Shown here: positions 36,583-36,691 of the stretch, in pieces
Layout of the letters: each line of letters opens with the position of its first letter
Position numbering within the stretch: the first letter of the stretch is position 1
NCBI GenBank assembly: GCA_947258465.1
Contig: CAMYIQ010000006.1
Location: forward strand, 1-36,691
Direction: 5' to 3'
Source: an uncultured Erythrobacter sp.
GTDB taxonomy: Bacteria > Pseudomonadota > Alphaproteobacteria > Sphingomonadales > Sphingomonadaceae
DNA: 36,691 nt
Notes under the pieces: model-generated
Databases searched by the model: none
Seen by the model: only the letters and a program-made list of their open reading frames with translations
Told to the model about the DNA's origin: nothing
Made by a program: the position numbers and the translations under genes

Positions 36583-36691
36583 TCAAGTGTCTTCGGGATA
36601 GACCGCGCGGACGAAATAGAGCCCGTGGGGCGGGGCATTGAGGCCGAGCGCCTGCCGGTCGCGCGCCGCGAGCGCCTCGGCGACCTGCTCG
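36583..36691 (-). CDS. truA: tRNA pseudouridine(38-40) synthase, 3' end only
   Basis: Minus strand translates [35 protein letters not shown]; APPHGLY is a TruA C-terminal motif. Not in the supplied ORF track. Confidence 0.85.
   Translation of the reverse strand, partial: EQVAEALAARDRQALGLNAPPHGLYFVRAVYPEDT

Overview
High-GC alphaproteobacterial chromosomal segment. Gene content and order (dcw tail ending at ftsZ with no lpxC behind it, serC-serA-hisZ, argH-lipoprotein-lysA-short cysG) suggest Sphingomonadales, probably Erythrobacteraceae; this taxonomy is inference. Most of the window is housekeeping: murC(partial)-murB-ddl-ftsQ-ftsA-ftsZ, a TPR-SPOR gene, ybjN-like, BI-1/YccA, tRNA-Ala(CGC), rarA, PadR, a GT4 enzyme, serC-serA-hisZ, purA, an L,D-transpeptidase, an ECF sigma with a small membrane partner, lysA, argH, tlpA, tRNA-Val(TAC), asparaginase and the 3' end of truA. 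I saw no integrase, transposase, prophage or CRISPR array. The best candidate for an undescribed system lies in a ~4 kb redox islet between hisZ and purA. There an RsrR-type Rrf2 regulator (E8/W9/H12/H35/C92/C112) is divergent from a gene fusing a 4-TM His-containing membrane domain to an AhpD/CMD-like CxxC domain, and an RsrR-like operator lies over the predicted -10 element. Other highlights: a single in-frame TAG splitting the TPR-SPOR gene after ftsZ, a DUF429-like putative nuclease coupled to rarA, a serC-leader-like RNA occluding the RBS, three REP-like double-hairpin repeats, a LexA-like box on a wHTH regulator and several apparently leaderless genes. All calls come from reading motifs by eye; no searches were run.
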